A stretch of DNA of 64,000 bases from an uncultured Pseudomonadota bacterium (lineage in GTDB: Bacteria; Pseudomonadota; Alphaproteobacteria; Rhizobiales; Xanthobacteraceae), in contig CAVUWO010000003.1 in the NCBI GenBank assembly GCA_963745155.1, forward strand, positions 114,366 to 178,365, in the 5' to 3' direction. Position numbers and translations under genes: made by a program. This document shows positions 52,088 to 62,738 of this stretch, piece after piece. The notes under the pieces were generated by a model that ran no database searches, was not told the DNA's origin, and saw only the letters and a list, made by a program, of their open reading frames with translations. The stretch's first letter is position 1. Each line of letters begins with the position of its first letter.

Positions 52088-52495
52088 TTATTGTCCCTCG
52101 CTGCGCCGTTCGGCCGACCATGCGCCGCCGCATTGTCCGGTCGACGTGTGCCACCGGCCGCTGCCGCGATTGCCGGACAGCCGGCCGGTGCCGTCGGCCC
52201 AATCGCCGCCACGCGCGACGATCACCCTGATCGCGCCGCTGCGGCCGACGACGCCGTCGACCCGATAGTCCTGGCCCTCGGCGCTGTTGACGGCCCGCCC
52301 GCCGACGATGCGCAGCGCGTAGCGATAGGCGCGGTCGCAATCGCCGTACTGCGTCATGATCATGACGCTCCAGAGTCCGTCGAACGCCCGCGTCGGCGCG
52401 GTCCTCCGCCGCGCCGCGTCGGACGGGCTGTTGGCGCCTGCGATCAGCAAAGCCGCAAGTGTGGTGACGAGGATCGGGCGCAGCAGATGTCTCAT
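52088..52495 (-). CDS. secreted hypothetical protein
   Basis: Signal peptide MRHLLRPILVTTLAALLIAGANS. The mature part is conserved-looking (DGLWSVMIMTQYGDCDRAYRY...) with 2 Cys. The family is not recognised. Confidence 0.55.
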   Translation of the reverse strand: MRHLLRPILVTTLAALLIAGANSPSDAARRRTAPTRAFDGLWSVMIMTQYGDCDRAYRYALRIVGGRAVNSAEGQDYRVDGVVGRSGAIRVIVARGGDWADGTGRLSGNRGSGRWHTSTGQCGGAWSAERRSEGQ

Positions 52496-52603
52496 GGATG
52501 ATGTCATTGGGTTGTTCATTGGGTTGATCCTCGCGTTCGGTTGTTTGCTTTGGTTCTTCGGCTTCGGTTCTTGGGTTTGGATTAGCCGCCGGCGCGGGCG
52601 CGA

Positions 52604-54091
52604 TCAGCCGATCGGGACCGCCACGAACGTCAAGGTGTCGCCGCGTTTTATCCGCAACAGCGCGGCCCGTTTCGATTGCCCGCGAGCTTCCTCCACCATC
52701 CTGTGAACGTCGGCGGGCGAATTGACGGCGCGGCGGCCGACGTCGAGGATCACATCCCCGATCTGCAACTCGGTTTCGGCGGCGCGGCTCGCGGCGTTGA
52801 TGCCGGTGATGACGACGCCGTGCTCGCCCATTCCCGGCACGGTGCTCGCCGGCACGAGCGTCAATCCAAGCACCGAGGCTTCATGCGGCGTCTTCCGCTC
52901 CTCCGCCTTGGCTTCGGCGGCGGCGCGCGGATACTTGGCGAGGGTCACGGTCAGCATCTTGTTCTGTCCGTCGCGCACGATCCCGAGCTTGGCCGCGCTT
53001 CCCGGCGCCATCTCGGCGATGGACCGCGCGAGATCGCGCGAGCCTTTCACGGCTGCGCCGTTGACCGATGTGATGACATCGCCGACCTCCATTCCGCCTT
53101 TGGCGGCCGGACTGTCGGGCTCGATGTGCGCGATCAGCGCGCCGTCCGCGGTCTCGAGCCCCATGGCATCGGCGATCGCCGAGGTGACGGATTGGATCTG
53201 CACGCCGATCCAGCCGCGCGTGACGTGTCCTTGCGTCTTGAGCTGTTCAATGACGAATTTGACGGTGTCGGCGGGAATATCGAACGCGACCCCGACCGAG
53301 CCCCCGGACGGCGAGAAGATCGCGGTATTGACCCCGATCACTTCGCCCCTGACGTTGAAGGTCGGCCCTCCGGAGTTGCCGACGTTGACCGGCGCGTCGA
53401 TCTGGATGAAATCGTCGTAGGGGCCTTCGCCGATGTCCCGGCCGCGCGCCGAGACGATCCCGGCCGTGACGGTGCCGCCGAGCCCGAACGGGTTGCCGAC
53501 CGGCAGCACCCAGTCGCCGATGCGCGGCGGCTCGGCGGCGAGCCGCACGAACGGAAAATCGACGGTCGCGCTGACCTTGACGAGGGCGAGATCGGTCTTC
53601 GCGTCGGTGCCGACGACTTTGGCCTGATAGCTCTTGCCGCCGGCGGTCGTGACCTCGATGCTCTTGCCGTTGGCGACGACGTGATTGTTGGTGACAATAT
53701 AGCCGTCGCCGGAGATGAAGAAGCCGGAGCCCAAGGCGATGCCGGAATCATGCCCGGGCCTGTCGGGCGCCGGAGGGCGGAACGGCGAACCGGGAAGTAG
53801 CGGCGCCTTGTCCGGCTCCGAAGAGCTGGCGTCCTCGATCTTGACACGCACGCCGACCACCGCCGGCTTGATCCGCTCGACCACGTCGGCGAAGCCGATC
53901 GGTGCCGGCGCGCCGACGGCGTCCACCTCGGCCGCAAAAGCCGGTAACGCCGTTCGCAGGTCCGCCACGCGCAAGTCCGGCGCCGCGAGCCACGCCGCGG
54001 CCGTCAGCACGACCAGCGGCAGCGTCTTGCGCAAATGGCGCCGACCACGATTGCGTAAGCCGTCGCTGCAAACATGCAACTGCTCGACCAT
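52604..54091 (-). CDS. degP: Do-family periplasmic serine endoprotease (DegP/HtrA)
   Basis: Catalytic triad contexts VTNNHVV, DLALVKV and GNSGGPTF, followed by two PDZ-like regions. Confidence 0.9.
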   Translation of the reverse strand: MVEQLHVCSDGLRNRGRRHLRKTLPLVVLTAAAWLAAPDLRVADLRTALPAFAAEVDAVGAPAPIGFADVVERIKPAVVGVRVKIEDASSSEPDKAPLLPGSPFRPPAPDRPGHDSGIALGSGFFISGDGYIVTNNHVVANGKSIEVTTAGGKSYQAKVVGTDAKTDLALVKVSATVDFPFVRLAAEPPRIGDWVLPVGNPFGLGGTVTAGIVSARGRDIGEGPYDDFIQIDAPVNVGNSGGPTFNVRGEVIGVNTAIFSPSGGSVGVAFDIPADTVKFVIEQLKTQGHVTRGWIGVQIQSVTSAIADAMGLETADGALIAHIEPDSPAAKGGMEVGDVITSVNGAAVKGSRDLARSIAEMAPGSAAKLGIVRDGQNKMLTVTLAKYPRAAAEAKAEERKTPHEASVLGLTLVPASTVPGMGEHGVVITGINAASRAAETELQIGDVILDVGRRAVNSPADVHRMVEEARGQSKRAALLRIKRGDTLTFVAVPIG

Positions 54092-54150
54092 CCGTGCTGC
54101 TCCGTTAACGACAATGACGGCCGCGCCGAGACGGGAATGCAGGCGAGCGA

Positions 54151-54342
54151 CTAATCCGTGTCACACGGACCAACAACCCAAGTAACGCCCGGTTCCGCTT
54201 TACCCAGCGTCGAGCGCACCTGCTCGGCCTCGTCGTCCAATCCCATCCAACGCAGCTTGACGATGCGCTGCATGAGTTCGTGCGTCGCGTCCGGTGCATC
54301 GCCGAGCTGGTGCCGTTCTTCGGCCTCTCGCGACAGATCCAT
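54151..54342 (-). CDS. small hypothetical protein
   Basis: 63 aa from ATG 54342 (MDLSREAEERHQLGD...IVKLRWMGLDDEAEQV). Called only from coding-looking codon usage and its position upstream of degP. Confidence 0.4.
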   Translation of the reverse strand: MDLSREAEERHQLGDAPDATHELMQRIVKLRWMGLDDEAEQVRSTLGKAEPGVTWVVGPCDTD

Positions 54343-54474
54343 GGGCTGCTCCCTTGTGGGTTTTTGTTGCTTCGATAACGAATTGGCCGGGGGCATTGCC
54401 GCAGGCGCGTCGCGCTGCATGCGCGATGCGTATCGAGGCACTTTACGGCGCCAAGTTACGGCGCCAAGCCTCGG

Positions 54475-54867
54475 CTACTTGCCCTTGCCGTCGGGCTTGG
54501 TCGCCCAGCCGTTGGACATCAGACGCGTGCCCGTTTCCATCAACGCCTTGGAATCCGCGAGCAGATGCTCGCCGTCTTCGGCCATCATTTCAAACCAACG
54601 CCTGGTATAGTCCTGGCACGCACTCATCGCCTCCGGCAGCGACCGCGCCGCGCCCAATTTGGAGGAGAACTCGGAGACGAACGCGGTTTCGGTTTGGAGG
54701 CGATCGAGCCATTGGCGGTTCGCTTGCTGCAGCGTCTCCAAAAACTCATTCTGCGCATGCAAAATCTCCTCCATGCGCTTCTTGCCGGTTTCGGCCAATT
54801 CGGCCGGCGTCAGATTGAGCGGCAACGGCATTTCCAATCGTTCGCCGCCCGGTTGTTTCTGTGCCAT
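54475..54867 (-). CDS. phasin-family protein (PHA granule-associated)
   Basis: 130-aa helical protein. The segments NEFLETLQQANRQWLDRLQTE...AARSLPEAMSACQDY resemble the phasin_2 family. Confidence 0.6.
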   Translation of the reverse strand: MAQKQPGGERLEMPLPLNLTPAELAETGKKRMEEILHAQNEFLETLQQANRQWLDRLQTETAFVSEFSSKLGAARSLPEAMSACQDYTRRWFEMMAEDGEHLLADSKALMETGTRLMSNGWATKPDGKGK

Positions 54868-55026
54868 GGTCCACCTTGTTCAGAACTCACGACGCCCCCC
54901 GCGCCAAAATACATTAAGACGGCGCGCCAAATCGTACGCCTTGACCTGGATCAAGCGATGTTCGGAATTGTCGCGGGCGGCTCGCGCTTCGGTTGCGGCG
55001 GGCGGCCGTTGAAAGCCGCGCGAACG

Positions 55027-55900
55027 TCAGTCGCGCGCGATCGGCAGGTCCGGCCGCGATGCCCATTCCGCCCAGGAGCCGTCATAGAGGCGCTTGGCGT
55101 CCTTGCCGAGTGCGTCGAGCGCGAAGGTGAGGATCGCGGCGGTGACGCCCGAGCCGCACGAGGTGATGATCGGCTTGTCGAGGTCGACACCGGCGTTCGT
55201 GAAAGCCGCCTTGATGCGCTCGCGCGCGACGAGGCGGCCGTTCTCGATCAGGCGGCCGTAGGGCAGATTGAACGCGCCGGGCATGTGGCCCGAGCGCAGG
55301 CCGGGGCGCGGTTCCGGCGCCTTGCCGCTGAAGCGCTCCGCCGAGCGCGCGTCGACGACTTGCACGCTCTCGTCGGCGAGCGCCATGCGCACGTCGTCGG
55401 TCATGGCCACGGCGTCGACGTTCATTTCCGCGCTGAATTTTTTCGGCGGCCGTTGCGCGTCGCCGGTTTCGGTCGGACGACCCTCGGCCTTCCATTGCGG
55501 CAGTCCGCCGTCGAGGATGTACACGTTCTTGGCGCCGAACAGGCGGAACGTCCACCACACGCGCGGTGCCGAATAGAACCCGAGGCTGTCGTAAACCACC
55601 ACGGTGTCGCCGTCGCCGATGCCGAGCGCGCCGACCGCGGCGCCGAATTGGCCGGCGCCCGGCAGCATGTGCGGCAGTTCGGTCGAATGGTCGCTGACCG
55701 CCTCGATGTCGAAGAATACGGCGCCGGGGATGTGGCCGGCGCGATATTCGGCGTGCGCATCGCGGCCCTGGATCGGCAGGAAAAACGAGCCGTCGACCGC
55801 CACGACATTGCCGTCGTGTAAATGCTCGGCGAGCCAATCGGTCGAGACCAGCCAGCGGCTCGGCAGCTTGGGGGCAGGGGATGTCGTCGGTTCTCAGCAT
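55027..55900 (-). pseudogene. sseA: 3-mercaptopyruvate sulfurtransferase (tandem rhodanese, SseA), N-terminal frameshift
   Basis: Active-site loop ITSCGSGVTA and the motif AEYRAGHIPGAVFFD. ATG 55900 is out of frame with LVSTDWLAEHL. The frame changes at ccagccag 55847-55854. Confidence 0.85.
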
Positions 55901-55947
55901 GGCGATGATCGATCCATTGATGATAACGCGCGCGCGGCCGCGATCGT

Positions 55948-56979
55948 TCACGCGAACGGCGGCTCGATGTGCGAGCGGCGCTCGAGCCAGGGCGGAACCG
56001 GCAGCTTCTTTTCGCGCAGAAACTGCGGATTGAACAGCTTGGATTGGTAGCGCGTGCCGTAATCGGCGAGAATCGTCACGATGGTATGCCCGGGGCCGAG
56101 CTCCTTGGCGAGACGCACCGCGCCGGCGACATTGATGCCGGACGAGCCGCCGAGGCAGAGGCCTTCGTGCTCGAGCAGATCGAAGATGATCGGCACGGCT
56201 TCGTCGTCGGGAATCTGATAGGCGGTATCGATCGGCGCGTCCTCGAGGTTCTTGGTGATGCGGCCCTGCCCGATGCCTTCCGTGATCGAAGAGCCTTCGG
56301 ATTTGAGCGTACCGGTGGTGTAGTAGCTGTAGAGCGCGGCGCCCATCGGATCGGCAAGTGCGATGCGCACGTCGCGGTTCCGCGCCTTGAGCGCCATGGC
56401 GATGCCGGCGAGCGTGCCGCCGGTGCCGACGGCGCAGGAAAAGCCGTCGACCTTGCCGTCGGTCTGCCGCCAGATTTCCGGTCCGGTCGTCTCGACGTGT
56501 CCCTGGCGGTTGGCGACGTTGTCGAACTGGTTGGCCCAGATCGCGCCGTTCGGCTCGGTCTTGGCCAATTGCTCCGCCAGCCGCCCGGACAGCTTGACGT
56601 AATTGTTGGGGTTCGAATAGGGCACCGCCGGCACTTCGATCAGCTCGGCGCCGCACAGCCGCAGCATGTCCTTCTTTTCCTGGCTCTGCGTTTCCGGAAT
56701 GACGATCACGGTGCGGAAGCCCATGGCGTTGGCGACGAGCGCAAGCCCGATGCCGGTGTTGCCCGCGGTGCCCTCGACGATGACGCCGCCCGGCCGCAGC
56801 GTGCCCCGCTTCACCGCGTCCTCAATGATGAACAGCGCGGCGCGGTCCTTGACCGACTGGCCCGGATTCATGAATTCGGCCTTGCCGAGTATCGTGCAGC
56901 CGGTCGCCGCGGAAACCCGTCGCAGCTTGATGAGCGGCGTATTGCCGATCGCCTCGATGATCCCGTTGCAGATTTGCAT
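55948..56979 (-). CDS. cysteine synthase / cystathionine beta-synthase family PLP enzyme (CysK-like)
   Basis: Motifs GNTPLIKL, the PLP-Lys motif PGQSVKDRAA, GTAGNTGIGLA and GTGGTLAG. ATG is at 56979. Confidence 0.85.
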   Translation of the reverse strand: MQICNGIIEAIGNTPLIKLRRVSAATGCTILGKAEFMNPGQSVKDRAALFIIEDAVKRGTLRPGGVIVEGTAGNTGIGLALVANAMGFRTVIVIPETQSQEKKDMLRLCGAELIEVPAVPYSNPNNYVKLSGRLAEQLAKTEPNGAIWANQFDNVANRQGHVETTGPEIWRQTDGKVDGFSCAVGTGGTLAGIAMALKARNRDVRIALADPMGAALYSYYTTGTLKSEGSSITEGIGQGRITKNLEDAPIDTAYQIPDDEAVPIIFDLLEHEGLCLGGSSGINVAGAVRLAKELGPGHTIVTILADYGTRYQSKLFNPQFLREKKLPVPPWLERRSHIEPPFA

Positions 56980-57392
56980 CGTCACATTTTCCCCGAGCGG
57001 GCGGCCGACGGTAAAGGACCGACACCCCGGAAACAAGGCTGTCGTCGCGGATAAGTCCGGCCCCGGTCGCGGCGAGAACATCTTGCTGCGGCAGCCGGTT
57101 AGCGCGGCAATTGCTTTCGGCTCCGGCGCTCGCGGCAGAACGCCTCGCGGCACCTATGGCGGCACCCTTGCCGGACCCCGGGGCGGCGCGGGGCGAGGCC
57201 ACAATCGCGATGGATGACGGGGAATCGCTGCAAATTTCATCCATCGGCGAAAGATTATCGAAACCATAACGCCGCAAGAGGGCTGCGTGCGTAGGTAGAT
57301 TCACGGATTGTTTGCGGCCACCCCGATATGCCTGCGGCGACGGGGCTTTCCAGATATCGCTGCCCGTTGCCGGTCCAAACTGGTTGAGCGCG

Positions 57393-58638
57393 ATGAATCT
57401 CGACGTCAACACCCTTTTCCTCGTGACCATTTACGTCGAAGCGATCCTCGGATTGCTGCTGTTGTTCGCCTGGGTGCAGAACACCGCCATCACCGCGGTG
57501 GCGTGGTGGGGTTTTGCGCATCTGTTGCGCGCCGTCTCGGTGATGCTGTTCGGCCTGTTCGGGTCGGTGTCCGATCTGATTTCGATCGATCTCGCCAACT
57601 CGCTGCTCTTCACCGCGTTCGCTCTGACGTGGACCGGCGCGCGCGTGTTCGATCATCGCCGGCCGCTGCCGGTCGTTGTTGTTCGGCGGCGCCGCGCTGT
57701 GGCTCGTGGTGTCGCGGCTGCCGAGTTTCGCGTCGTCCTGGGATCTGCGCGTGCTGACGAGCTGCGGCATCATCACCGCCTATACCTGGGCGACGGCCTA
57801 CGAGTTCTGGCGCGGCCGCAGCGAGCCCTTGGTGTCGCGCTGGCCGGCGATCTTCATGCTGTTCGCGCACGGCGCGCTCTATCTGTTGCGCACGCCGTTC
57901 GGCGCGATGCTGCCCTGGTCGCCGACCGGCAGCCAGGTATTCGACAGCGTGTGGATGACCGTGCTCAGCTTCGAGGCGCTGTTGTTCACGATCGCCATCG
58001 CCTTCATCCTTCTGGCGATGGCGAAGGAGCGCACCGAGCATCGCCACAAGACCGCCGCGCTGATCGATCCGCTCACCGGCATCGCCAACCGCCGCGCCTT
58101 CCTGCAAGACGGCGAAGCCCAGCTCAAGCGGCAATCGACCGATCCGCGTCCGACCGCGGTGATGCTGCTCGATCTCGATAATTTCAAGTCGATCAACGAC
58201 CGCTTCGGTCACGCCGTCGGCGACCGCGCGCTGCAGATCTTCGCGCAGGCCACGGCCGCCTGCATGCGCCGCCTCGATCTGTTCGGCCGGCTCGGCGGCG
58301 AGGAATTCGCGGCCGTCCTGTTCGACACCACCCACGAGCGGGCGCTGGCGATCGGCGAGCAGATCCGCACGTCCTTTGCCGAGGCGACGCGCGACGTCGA
58401 CGGCCGCCCGGTGGCCGCGACGGTGAGCATCGGCGTCGTCATCAGTCAGGATGCCGTGCTCGATCTCTCGGCGCTCTTGGCGCAGGCCGACCACGCGCTT
58501 TATCGCGCCAAGGACAACGGCCGCAACCGCGTCGAGGTCGCCTCGCTCGACCATATCCTCGATCGCGCCAAGCGCGGCGGGCCCCAGCGTCAAGGCGGCG
58601 CCGGCGCCAAACCCGGCGCTGCCCAGACGGCGGCCTGA
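57393..58638 (+). pseudogene. membrane diguanylate cyclase (GGDEF), frameshifted
   Basis: A multi-TM N-terminus, then DPLTGIANRRAF, LDLDNFKSINDRFGH and RLGGEEFAAV. The frame changes at gg 57671-57672. Confidence 0.85.
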
Positions 58639-58734
58639 CCGGCCGTCCGCACCGTTCCCATCAGCGCTTCCACGTACACAATTGTTGGTGCGTATTTAAC
58701 GCGACATTGACTCGTCAGGCGTCCTAGTTCCGCC

Positions 58735-59420
58735 ATGATCAACCTCCGCCTTCTCATCGTGGACGACGATCCGGGCGTGCGCGCCTGTGTCGCCGCCGCG
58801 TTGAAGGATGATCCCTTGTTCGTGTTGCGCGCGTGCGCCGCCGGACGCGAGGCGCTCGCCGCCGCCGTCGAATGGCGGCCCGATCTCATTCTGCTCGACG
58901 CGCAAATGCCCGGCATGAGCGGGACGACGGTGTTGAAGCGGTTGCGGGCGGACCGGCGTACGGCGCCGATTCCCGTCGTGTTCATGGCCGCGGCACCTGC
59001 GCGGGTGCAGCGGGACGCGCGGCTGATAGCGTGCGGCGCCGCCGGCGTCATCGACAAGCCTTCTATCGCCGAGCCTTGCGAACCGGCGACGCTCGGCGCG
59101 ACATTGCGCCGCTTTGTCGCCGTCGAAGGCGTGCTCTCGCCGGCGCGTGAGAGATTTTTCGCCGGCTCGAGGCCGACGCCGGGGCGCTGTCGGACTGTCG
59201 ACGCGATCTGGCGCAGACGCGCTCCGAGCCGGTGCTGCTGCGGATCAGTCAGATCGCGCATTCGCTCGCCGGCGCCGGCGGCATCTATGGCTTTGCCGGC
59301 ATCTCCTGCGACTCCGCCGCGCTGTCGGACGCCGCTGCGAGCATCCTCGCCGGCCGCGCCAGACCGAGCGAAGTCGAGCGCGCCCTGGACCGTCTCCTGG
59401 AACGCATCGAGCCGCGTTAG
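58735..59420 (+). pseudogene. response-regulator receiver + Hpt fusion protein, frameshifted
   Basis: REC segments LLIVDDDPGV...LILLDAQMPGMSG. The Hpt helix with His (ISQIAHSLAGAGGIYGF) is in ORF 59232-59420. The frame changes near 59162. Confidence 0.75.
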
Positions 59421-59552
59421 CGCAAATCCTTTCGCATCTTCGTCGCCGCCAAAATCCAGACCCTGGGGCATCCGGCGGGGTTCATCCACGCTGTCGAATT
59501 TGCTAGGCTGCCGTCAAAACGGGGAGGGGCGTCGCCCCAAGGGAGAAAAATC

Positions 59553-60735
59553 ATGCTCGATATTACCAAGCGAACGGGCACCGCGCCGTTCGACACCGCG
59601 CGGCTCGACCGGCTGATGGACGAAGCGGGCATCGACGTGCTGTTGGCGACCTCCAAGCACAACGTCCAATACCTGCTCGGCGGTCATCGCTCGTTCTTCT
59701 TCGACAACATGGATGCGATGGGGGTGAGCCGTTATCTGCCGGTGTTCGTCTATGCCAAAGGCGCGCCGGACAAGGCCGGCTATTTCGGCCACGGCATGGA
59801 GACCTATCAGACCCAGATCAAGCCGTTCTGGGTCGGCGAGGTCTCGACCAAAAGCTCGGGCTCCGTCGACGTGATCCAGAAGGCGGCGGATTATGTGCGC
59901 ACGCTCGCGGCCAAGCCGCAGCGCATGGGCATCGAATATGCGTTCCTGCCGGCGGATTCCGCGGCGGCGCTGCGCAAGGCGCTGCCGGATGCCGAGCTCA
60001 AGGATGCGCTGTTCGTGCTCGAACGGCTACGCGCGAAGAAGACGCCCGAGGAGCTGGAAAAGCTCAGGCTCGCGTCCGAACTGGTGATCGAACTCGATGC
60101 TCGCGGTCTTCGCCAGCCACGGCGCCGGCGCCACCAAGGCGGAGCTGGCCGAGGCGCTGCGGCGCGAGGAGACGTCGCGCGGGCTCGTGTTCGATTATTG
60201 CCTGATCGCCGCCGGCTCGAGTCTCAACCGTGCGCCGTCCGATCAGCGCTGGGAGAAGGGCGACCCGCTGTCGGTCGATTCCGGCGGCAATTATCACGGC
60301 TATATCGGCGACCTCGCCCGCATGGGCATCGTCGGCGAACCCGACGCCGAGCTCGAAGACATGCTCGCCCATGTCGAGGCGGTCCAGCAGGCGGCGTTCA
60401 AGCCGATCCGCGCCGGCGTCAACGGCCGCGAAATCTATGCCGGCGCCGACACGGTGCTGCGCGGATGGTCGCTGCACAATCACGTCGAGTTTCTCGCCCA
60501 CGGCATGGGGCTGATCAGCCACGAGGCGCCGCGGCTCACCAATTCGGGTCCGGTGCCTTATGACGATTATGACGCCGGGCGGCCGCTCGAGGCCGGCATG
60601 GTGATCTCGGTCGAGACCACGCTGCAGCATCCGCGCCGCGGCTTCATCAAGCTCGAAGACACGGTCGTGGTGACGCCGACCGGCTTCGAGATTTACGGCA
60701 ACCGGGCCCGCGGCTGGAATCGCGCCGGCGCTTGA
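59553..60735 (+). pseudogene. M24-family peptidase (creatinase/prolidase-like), frameshifted
   Basis: The N-terminal creatinase-like domain is in ORF 59553-. The catalytic domain is in ORF 60097-60735 (DSGGNYHGYIGDLARM...HGMGL..HE...SVET). The frame changes near 60093. Confidence 0.75.
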
Positions 60736-60790
60736 CCGCAAGTTTTCAGGGCGGCGATGCGCCGTCCTGATGCGCTCGAAGCAAGGCTGC

Positions 60791-61018
60791 TCAGATCGCG
60801 CTACGGCGAATGCCGTAGCGGCGATTGCGGTGGTTGTCCTCGACCGCGCGGCGCAATTTGCGCAGATAAGCGAAGTAGGCCGCACCGGCGCATACCCAGG
60901 ATATGCCCGCGATAGCGAACGTCATCGGATCGGCCGCGGGCCAAATCCGCACGATCAATCCGCACGTCATTCCCCACGCCAACACCACAATGGCCGCTCG
61001 TGACAACACGTAGGTCAT
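60791..61018 (-). CDS. small two-TM hypothetical membrane protein
   Basis: 75 aa from ATG 61018 (MTYVLSRAAIVVLAWGMTCGLIV...FAIAGISWVCAGAAYFAYL). Support is weak. Confidence 0.35.
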   Translation of the reverse strand: MTYVLSRAAIVVLAWGMTCGLIVRIWPAADPMTFAIAGISWVCAGAAYFAYLRKLRRAVEDNHRNRRYGIRRSAI

Positions 61019-61243
61019 GATTCGCACCTCGCCGTGATGATCCGAGCGAAGGTGTCCGAGTATGGTTAACAATGGCTCAACGAGAGCGTTGATCCCCGAG
61101 ACAGCTTCGCGCCCGAGGCTGGAACTTTGACTAATTGGTGGCGTTGAAACTTCCCATCCCGTGATCGGCCGCGGGATTGCCTCGGTGCCGAGGACCGTTC
61201 GCGTGACACGCTTGGATCAAAAAGGAGCCTGGTCGGACGTTCG

Positions 61244-62738
61244 ATGAACGCCAAATTGGAAATCTTGCCGCGCGCCGCGACCGGCGTTGACGGCCTCGAC
61301 GGCGTGCTCGGCGGCGGCCTCGCGCGCAATCGCCTGCACCTTCTGGAAGGCAGTCCCGGGACGGGGAAGACCACGATCGCCCTTCAATTCCTCCTGGCCG
61401 GCGCGGCCGTGGGTGAGGTCGGCATCTATGTCAGCCTCGCCGAGACCGAGTTCGAACTGCGGGAGGGCGCCAAGGCGCACGGCTGGACGATCGGCGAGAA
61501 GATCGAAATCTTCGAGCTGGTGCCGCCGGAAAGCGTGCTCGATCCCAACCAGCATCAAAGCCTGTTGTATTCCTCCGATCTGGAACTCGGCGAAACCATC
61601 ACGCGCATCTTTCAGGCGATCGAGCGGCTGCGGCCGAAGCGGGTGGTGATCGACAGCCTCTCGGAGATCAGGCTGTTGGCGCAGGGCTCGTTGCGCTACC
61701 GGCGGCAAATTCTGGCGCTCAAGCACTATTTCGCCCGGCATCAATCGACCGTCGTGATGCTCGACGACCTCACCACCGAGACCACCGATCGCGCCGTGCA
61801 CAGTATCGCGCACAGCGTCATCCATCTCGATCAGCTCGCGCCGATTTATGGCGGCGAGCGCCGCCGGCTGCGCGTCGTCAAATGCCGCGGCCAGGCGTTT
61901 CGCACCGGCTACCACGACTTCATGATCCGCAAGGGCGGCGTCCAGGTCTTTCCGCGCCTGAGCGCGGCCGAGCATCGCCGCGATTTTGTCGGCGACATGG
62001 TCAAGAGCGGCGTCACGGCGCTCGACGATCTCTTGGGTGGCGGGCTCGCCGCCGGCTCGAGCACCCTGGTCATCGGCCCGGCGGGTACCGGCAAGTCGCT
62101 CCTGGTGCTGCAGTTTCTCACCACCGCGGTGGCGCGCGGCGAGCGGGCGGCGTTGTTCGTGTTCGACGAGGAGCTCGGGCTCTTGATGGCGCGCGCCAAG
62201 AGTCTCGGCATCGACCTCGGATCGATGCGCGCGGACAAGAAACTGTTTATTGAACAGATGGACGCGGCCGAGCTGTCGCCGGGCGAATTCTCGCACCGCG
62301 TGCGCGATTGCGTCGATCGCGAAAACATCCGGATGGTCGCGATCGACAGCATCAATGGCTACCAAGCGGCGATGCCGGAAGAGCAGTTCCTCACGCTCCA
62401 CCTCCACGAACTGCTGCAATATTTGAATGCCGCGGCGCCGCGACCTTCCTGACCTTGGCGCAGCACGGCATGGTCGGCGACATGAAGCGCCGGTCGACGT
62501 GACTTACATCGCCGATACCGTGGTCCTGTTGCGCTATTTCGAAGCGCTCGGCCGTGTGCGCCGCGCCATCTCGGTAATGAAGAAACGCGCCGGCCCGCAC
62601 GAGGATACGATCCGCGAGTTCCGCATCGACGGCCGCGGCCTCACCATCGGCAATCCGCTGCGGGAATTCCAGGGCGTGTTGCGCGGCGTACCGACCTATG
62701 TCGGTCAGCCCGACCCACTGATGGTAGACAAAGTGTGA
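61244..62738 (+). pseudogene. kaiC: KaiC-family double RecA-like ATPase, two frameshifts near the C-terminus
   Basis: Two Walker A motifs (GSPGTGKTT and GPAGTGKSL) and typical TGVDGLDGVLGGGL / SGVTALDDLLGGGL starts for each half. The frame changes near 62430 and 62488. The tail is ORF 62427-62738. Confidence 0.85.
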
